A DNA stretch of 64,000 nt from Candidatus Gottesmanbacteria bacterium RIFCSPLOWO2_01_FULL_43_11b (GTDB lineage Bacteria; Patescibacteriota; Microgenomatia; UBA10105; UBA927), in NCBI GenBank assembly GCA_001780985.1, contig MFJV01000001.1:428049-492048 (forward strand), given 5' to 3'. Positions 59,401-64,000 of the stretch are shown piece by piece; position 1 is the stretch's first letter, and each line of letters starts with the position of its first letter. The notes under the pieces are model-generated. The model was not told the DNA's origin. It searched no databases and saw nothing but the letters and a program-made list of their open reading frames with translations. The position numbers were made by a program, and so were the translations under genes.

Positions 59401-60072
59401 GGTAAGCTCACTCGTTGTAAACGGGAAGGTGGTGGCAAGTGAAGTTGTGTCCATATTTCGTAAGATAACGAGTTTATCCTGGCTCATGGGGAGGGTGGTT
59501 TTGAGCCCCTCTTCCATCTGAAGGATTGCTTTTTTAGTGACAATGAGAAGCGATCCCAGGGTTGCCTCGACTTGCTTCGTTGTTCGGTCGAGGTCGTCGA
59601 GGCTTTTTGCCGGAATGGTGACGTAGAGGCCAAATTGGAAAAACCGCTCAGATCCTTTTGCAAGTTCTTGTTGAAGAGCAAGCGCATCCTCGAGCGCTAC
59701 CTGAATAGAAGGTTCAATGACTCTGCCGCGTTTCATATCGGATTGGATCGTTGCCTCCATTTCTCCGACTTTTCTCTTAAGATTTTCCAGAACCTCCTCG
59801 CTCCTGGTCGGATAAACGTACATGGCAATATCGAGGGTATGTGAGAAAGAGATGAGCGGTTCGAGCCAGTTAGCTGATACATAGCGCGGGTAGCCGGCCA
59901 CGAAGAGGGTGCGGAAGTATCGGTCGCCGATTTTGAGGTGGTCAAAATCAACCTCTATTGCAGGTGGTGCAATCAGATCCCGCACGGAAAGGGGCTCGCC
60001 GGTATCAGCATTCGGCCTGTTATCCTCAGGCATGGGATTTATGAATTTTTTAACAAGCGTTGTTATATTCAT
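56401..60072 (-). CDS. VirB4/TraC-like ATPase interrupted by an intein
   Basis: Walker A GK|SGSGKS, IIDPESEY, INPFD, LIVDEAW, RARKY, ITQ. Confidence 0.93.
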   Translation of the reverse strand: MNITTLVKKFINPMPEDNRPNADTGEPLSVRDLIAPPAIEVDFDHLKIGDRYFRTLFVAGYPRYVSANWLEPLISFSHTLDIAMYVYPTRSEEVLENLKRKVGEMEATIQSDMKRGRVIEPSIQVALEDALALQQELAKGSERFFQFGLYVTIPAKSLDDLDRTTKQVEATLGSLLIVTKKAILQMEEGLKTTLPMSQDKLVILRNMDTTSLATTFPFTTSELTANEGILYGINEGNDSLIVFDRFTLENANTVVFGKSIARWEPVLVRQNGQTKMETIGNLVESLINKHGITHREEEMEGVRLPGIEVYAYNNELKGRWAQVATAARKPLSKREKLYKITTKSGRHITVTADHSLVVLRDGRVRSVRGEAVRVGEAVPVPRFLPESIGLTSPIYPKTFVPSWPMGLPQTIPLESNLLTILGLTTSEGYLSPSTLTIYNRDPFVLSAIQNATSGIGAKTAPRYASGRILCGYNIQPNAYAKLFSALGAGGRSGQKRVPSIIFSLSNTQIAAYLRAYYEGDGTVSGWEVACMSKSRDLISDICYLLLRFGIVGRIRTKWKRATNSKHTGDTYYELVISGGDHLTRFASSIGFLTLRKQQKLLGLLGKHPNTNVDTIPTLSRTLQKLHAQLYQGDDIRAPYNLSPLKRGVFSPSREQLIEIITLMENRIIELRSLRGRVMQLKNLPSVDAIISRGIKHKQLHRALWKELGHTWKLMKHRAVIPKATTVFRAWKTVSGETISLPEIKHELYDVFQEIGISLQRYDNSLWTTIRNEARRPGDTAYPPIQNAVSVLSKRYRSLQLTLRHAEKKLHHLRQLARSDLFWDPVVNIEQIKHNESFVYDLTVDNEVFLGGSGGVFVHNSGSGKSYMVKLEVMRSLMFDTEVIIIDPESEYEALTHALGGEYIRFQFGTNTKINPFDLALLQHKGEKESELNQKILSLHGFFRVVMGKLTPSEDALLDRALVLTYKQKGITPDPASQSTEPPLMEDLYKTLVGMEEPLAKGLADRIEKFVKGSMVGIFDAQTNVEIRNPLTVFSIRDLEEELRPIAMYLILDFIWTKIRKDTKRRLLIVDEAWYMMKYPDSATFLNSIAKRARKYYLGVTTITQDVEDFLAVELGKAIIQNSSMQILLKQSSAAIDKVAEIFYLSEGEKHLLLAADIGEGLLFAGPAHAAMRVIASPEEHALATTKPQELESRAQKQPAQPTPSPQPNMPARPIFTVEPVNEK
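57496..59298 (-). mobile_element. Intein (601 aa) with LAGLIDADG endonuclease
   Basis: Starts S-IARWEPV, block B VTADHS, LGLTTSEG and YLRAYYEGDG, block F VYDLTV, ends VHN|S. Confidence 0.95.
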
Positions 60073-60716
60073 GGTTTTATAAATTTACTAACATCAGGTG
60101 CCGGTTGACCAGGATTGTAGATTGAGAAAAAAAACTTTATGAGCTGCTCACTTGTCATCTGCGTTGCCCGGAGTCCGATTCTTCCCAATAACCTCACGAC
60201 ATGGTCCCGCTTTGGGTAAAGTACCATTGTCGAACGGTCAAAAATGTACTCTTTGGGATAGGGGAGGCCGGGCTTTCCACCCCCGAAAAGAATTTTAGGA
60301 GCAGATCCAAGTTCAAGTCGAGAAAAAGGAATAATAATGTAGAAGTTTTTATCCAGCACTTCTTTTTCTTTCACTGTTGCCTCAACAAACAGTCTATAGG
60401 AATGGATGCTTTGGGCAAGTTTCGGGCTTTTTTGCAGCTTTTCCTGTTCTTCAAGAAGTTTTAAGTATGCCGTGACATCCTTATGTTGAGATCGAATAAG
60501 AATTTGGATGGGGAAGGAGAGCGAATTGAGAAGCCCTGCGTAGGCATGGATAATTGCTTCCTGTTCCCGTTCAGAGAGTAAACCGAAATTAACAGCAGTT
60601 GTCGTAATAACAAGCGAAACTGACCCGTCAGTAAAAAGCACTAAATCATTTTCGATATCTTCTATCTGCGTAAATTCCTGCGTTGTGGACCTAATTGGGA
60701 CGACTGGTTGTTTCAT
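60069..60716 (-). CDS. Conserved protein between PrgI and VirB4-like genes
   Basis: NFGLLSEREQ..II..Y..LLNSL.FP.QI motif; operon context. Confidence 0.75.
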   Translation of the reverse strand: MKQPVVPIRSTTQEFTQIEDIENDLVLFTDGSVSLVITTTAVNFGLLSEREQEAIIHAYAGLLNSLSFPIQILIRSQHKDVTAYLKLLEEQEKLQKSPKLAQSIHSYRLFVEATVKEKEVLDKNFYIIIPFSRLELGSAPKILFGGGKPGLPYPKEYIFDRSTMVLYPKRDHVVRLLGRIGLRATQMTSEQLIKFFFSIYNPGQPAPDVSKFIKP

Positions 60717-61909
60717 TGTGTGTTTCCAAATATTTGCTGAGCAAGTTTTTGTCTCTCGAGCTCTTTTTGACTTTTTGCCAGTATTTCAATTGTCGGGAGC
60801 ACCGCGTTGTTGACAACAATTTGCGCTCTATCAAAAACGTAGCGTTCGCGCGGATCCTCAACCTCGACAAGGTACGTTCCGGGGGAGAGCGCAGTGCTCG
60901 CTGCAAACTGGCCGAGTCTGTTTGTTTTAAGCGCCCGAAGCGGCACTCCTTCTTTATCCCGCACGGTAACTAAAACCGAGGGGAGGAAGTTGCCTGCTGT
61001 GTCTTTCACAATGCCCGTGACGACATTGGGATAGGTGGTTAAGCGCGGGAGGCCTGCTTTTGCAGCTGCTGACGGGTCGATAATTTTAATTGTTGGTTCT
61101 GTTGGTTTCTCTTCGGAAATAACAGTGGCGGTTTTGGTCGGCTGACTTTGTGTCGGCGCACTTGTTGTTTTGCGTCGTAGGGCAACAACCTCTTCTTCAA
61201 GTTTTCGTTTGTCGGAAAGTAAGTCAGTCAATTGTTTTTGAAGCTCCAAGACCCGAGAGTCCGAAACGTTCTTTTGGGTAAGTTCTGTCTCGAGTTCCTC
61301 AACTTTTTGGCTAAGTACTGCGCTTTTTTCATCAGGAGCTGGAGAAACAACCTCTTTTATCTCCGGTTGTGGCGTAACCTCAGGCTGGGGCCGTTTCCCA
61401 ACGACTGTCGGGGGCAGCGTAAATGCCGGTTGAGCCAGGGGTTGGGTTTTTGGTTTGAAGGTAAAAAGATTTTTTAGCCAAACGAGAAAACCACCCGGAG
61501 GGTTCATTGTAAGGATGCGTAGACCAGAGAACATATCAGCGGGCGACCGAGGAGTTGGTTCTTTTGGTGTTACCGGAGGTTTAGTAGCAACATGATGGGC
61601 TTGAGCAGCCGGTTTTTGCTTGGGCCTCCTTGACCAGACGTATTGGGTTGGGTTGTAGATACTTTTAAAAAATGACATAACCCATACATCCATGGGTCGC
61701 TCTTCGACAGGAACAAACGCAAAACCAATACCTAAAAGTGCAAAGAACACCGTCAGTGGCCAGGTAAAAAAGAACGGAAGAGGAAGTTTGTAGGATATAT
61801 ACGCCAGAACTCCTCCGATACAAAGATATCCGAATTGTTTGAGCGTCATGTCGCCGATTAAACGGAATTGGAAGGTAGTAACATTCTGTGGCACAGGGTG
61901 CTGTTCCAT
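60713..61909 (-). CDS. PrgI family protein with coiled coil and C-terminal beta-sandwich domain
   Basis: QHPVPQNV..FQFRLIGDMTLKQF, two TM helices. Confidence 0.82.
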   Translation of the reverse strand: MEQHPVPQNVTTFQFRLIGDMTLKQFGYLCIGGVLAYISYKLPLPFFFTWPLTVFFALLGIGFAFVPVEERPMDVWVMSFFKSIYNPTQYVWSRRPKQKPAAQAHHVATKPPVTPKEPTPRSPADMFSGLRILTMNPPGGFLVWLKNLFTFKPKTQPLAQPAFTLPPTVVGKRPQPEVTPQPEIKEVVSPAPDEKSAVLSQKVEELETELTQKNVSDSRVLELQKQLTDLLSDKRKLEEEVVALRRKTTSAPTQSQPTKTATVISEEKPTEPTIKIIDPSAAAKAGLPRLTTYPNVVTGIVKDTAGNFLPSVLVTVRDKEGVPLRALKTNRLGQFAASTALSPGTYLVEVEDPRERYVFDRAQIVVNNAVLPTIEILAKSQKELERQKLAQQIFGNTQ

Positions 61910-62017
61910 ATACAAATTATTGTAAAGGTATGACGATAGGTCGCGCAATAGTACAAAGCGCATCAGAACCGTGAAAACTGGCATTTTTAGTTTTCACGAA
62001 ATATAATAATCTTCTCT

Positions 62018-62578
62018 ATGAAAATCGGACTTCTTGGCGGTGCGTTTAACCCGCCGCATCTTGCCCACCTCCATATGGCTGCTCAATCTATTGATTTTGC
62101 AGGATTTGATGAAATTTGGTTTTTGCCAAACTTCGGCCAGCAACCGCCTAAGCCTGATGTGGCATCTGTAAAGGACCGGCTCGCAATGACCAAAATGCTA
62201 AGTCTCCCTAAAACAAAAATCTCAACACTTGAGATAGATAACAAACTTTCAGGCAATACCATTGAGCTTCTTCCGTATTTACCAAAAGAACATTCGTATA
62301 CATTTATTATGGGCGTTGACTGGCTCCCGTCATTTACCCAGTGGGGGAGTTGGCAGGAACTTATTAAAAAACTTCCGTTCCTCGTTTTTCCACGGTCGGG
62401 ATTTCCCAATGAACCGCTCTACGAGAATATGACAGTTCTTTCGCATCCCTTACTTATGATAAACGACATTTCCGCGACAAAAATTCGAGAGAGAGTTAAA
62501 CAAGGGCTCCCAATCGATCAGTTTGTCCCGTCCGGCGTGGCGGAGTATATTAAAACCCATGAACTCTATAAATCCTGA
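62018..62578 (+). CDS. nadD: Nicotinate-nucleotide adenylyltransferase
   Basis: GGAFNPPHLAH, FIMGVD, ISATKIR. Confidence 0.93.
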   Translation: MKIGLLGGAFNPPHLAHLHMAAQSIDFAGFDEIWFLPNFGQQPPKPDVASVKDRLAMTKMLSLPKTKISTLEIDNKLSGNTIELLPYLPKEHSYTFIMGVDWLPSFTQWGSWQELIKKLPFLVFPRSGFPNEPLYENMTVLSHPLLMINDISATKIRERVKQGLPIDQFVPSGVAEYIKTHELYKS

Positions 62579-63242
62579 AAAAACCGCGGCTGAATTAACA
62601 AGTTTTATAAAAAATGCTTTTGACAAAGCAGGATTTACAAAAGCAGTTATCGGGGTTTCCGGGGGGGTGGATTCGGCGACAAGCCATGAGCTGACAAAGC
62701 GTGCATTGGGCGAAAAAAACGTCTTCCCGTATTTTTTACCCTACGAGAAGATTAAACCTATTGTTGATCAGGTTGTTTCTCTTGATCCTGGAATGGACAG
62801 GCTGCGGCAGGGAAATATCATGGCCAGAGTCAGAATGACAATTTTATTTGACCAAGCCAAGAAAAGACAGGCCCTCGTAGTAGGCACGGAGAACAAAACT
62901 GAACACATTTTGGGGTACTACACAAGATTCGGCGATAGCGCTTCTGACATCGAACCTTTGAGAAATTTATACAAAACGCAGGTCTATCAACTCGCAAAAT
63001 ACCTCGGAATTCCGGATAAGATTTTAAACAAAGCGCCGACCGCAGGACTTTGGGAAGGACAGACGGATGAAGGAGAGTTTGGTTTTACCTATAAAGATGC
63101 AGACGAAGTTCTTTTTCAGCTCTATGATCTTAAAAAGGACAATGTTGAAGGCGTCGACCCAGGCGTTGTTGAGAAGGTGAAATCACGGGTCTCTCGTAAT
63201 GCCTTCAAACACAGTCTTCCGATCTTGCCTTTCGACTATTAA
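62559..63242 (+). CDS. nadE: NH3-dependent NAD+ synthetase
   Basis: SGGVDS, GNIMARVRM, GYYTRFGD, PTAGLWEGQTDE, FKH. Confidence 0.92.
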   Translation: MNSINPEKTAAELTSFIKNAFDKAGFTKAVIGVSGGVDSATSHELTKRALGEKNVFPYFLPYEKIKPIVDQVVSLDPGMDRLRQGNIMARVRMTILFDQAKKRQALVVGTENKTEHILGYYTRFGDSASDIEPLRNLYKTQVYQLAKYLGIPDKILNKAPTAGLWEGQTDEGEFGFTYKDADEVLFQLYDLKKDNVEGVDPGVVEKVKSRVSRNAFKHSLPILPFDY

Positions 63243-63263
63243 TCGACTATAATTCGACTATAT

Positions 63264-64000
63264 ATGCTTGAGCCAAAATATGCCATTACAGACCATCTCC
63301 TTGCCAATATCAAACGAATCAACACCCTGATCCATACGCTCAACAACAGACGATTTCCCAATGTTATTCTTTTAGCGTTAGAGCGGTCTGCAAGAGAGGT
63401 TTCAGTGCACGCTTCGACAAGCATTGAAGGCAATCCACTTCCTCTCACTGAAGTAAAAAAAATCCTCAAATCAATGCCGGATCATCTTCGGGAAACCGAA
63501 AGGGAAGTGGTCAACTATAATCAAGCACTTCAGAATCTAAACAGACAGCTTGAAAAAGGAGAAGTTCTATTGTCTCTTGATCTTATTTTACATATCCAGG
63601 AACAGATTATGAATGGTTTATTACCATACACAGAGATAGGGAATCTGAGAAAAAATCCTGTCGTCGTCAATGACCCCAGAAGTGGGCAACCCGTGTATCT
63701 TCCTCCCGATAGCAAGGATGTTCGTCCACTTATGGTGGATCTTGTCGAGTTTGTGAATAAAAAAAGAGAAAAGATAGATCCGCTTATTGTCGCCGGTATA
63801 TTTCATAAGCAAATGGTTATTATTCACCCGTTTATGGATGGCAACGGAAGGACAACCCGGCTGGCCACGAAAGTATTGCTTGCCCAGATGGGGCTCAACA
63901 CTTTTAATCTTTTTAGTTTCGAAAACTATTACAACCAAAATGTTACACAGTATTTTCAAACAGTTGGAGAGTTTGGAAATTATTATGAACTCGTACGTAA
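63264..64000 (+). CDS. Fic family protein (runs off window end)
   Basis: Manual translation MLEPKYAIT...STSIEGN...IHPFMDGNGRTTR. Confidence 0.9.
   Translation, partial: MLEPKYAITDHLLANIKRINTLIHTLNNRRFPNVILLALERSAREVSVHASTSIEGNPLPLTEVKKILKSMPDHLRETEREVVNYNQALQNLNRQLEKGEVLLSLDLILHIQEQIMNGLLPYTEIGNLRKNPVVVNDPRSGQPVYLPPDSKDVRPLMVDLVEFVNKKREKIDPLIVAGIFHKQMVIIHPFMDGNGRTTRLATKVLLAQMGLNTFNLFSFENYYNQNVTQYFQTVGEFGNYYELVR

Noticed and set aside
1-64000. CRISPR array, cas genes, rRNA, reverse transcriptase
   Set aside because: No regularly spaced repeats or recognisable motifs seen.

Overview
Chromosomal segment of a small-genome bacterium that reads in the standard bacterial code. Gene content suggests Patescibacteria/CPR, Microgenomates-like (inference). 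The window spans the replication origin region (jag-yidC-yidD-rnpA-rpmH, an inserted block of about 8 kb, then dnaA-oriC-dnaN). It also holds housekeeping genes (recF, pyrH, ftsH, trpS, valS, efp/epmA, nth, rplY, rnhA, nadD/nadE), a dprA-comM-yraN competence cluster, a murL/murD2 pair, five toxin-antitoxin modules plus a Fic gene, and a PrgI/VirB4/M23 secretion-like cluster whose ATPase carries a 601-aa intein. The most unusual signals are non-coding. (1) A tRNA-Met(CAT) gene is split by a 195-nt group I intron. On one side is a divergent HTH+LAGLIDADG-like gene whose leader holds a degenerate copy of the tRNA 3' exon; on the other is a 6.2-kb serine-recombinase island bounded by a 13-bp direct repeat. 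(2) A Trp T-box riboswitch has an ultra-short stem I and a transcription terminator. (3) Pseudoknotted or switch-like leaders lie upstream of the recombinase and ftsH. (4) Short palindromic repeats sit in frame inside several conserved genes. All calls were made by eye from sequence motifs; no database searches were run.
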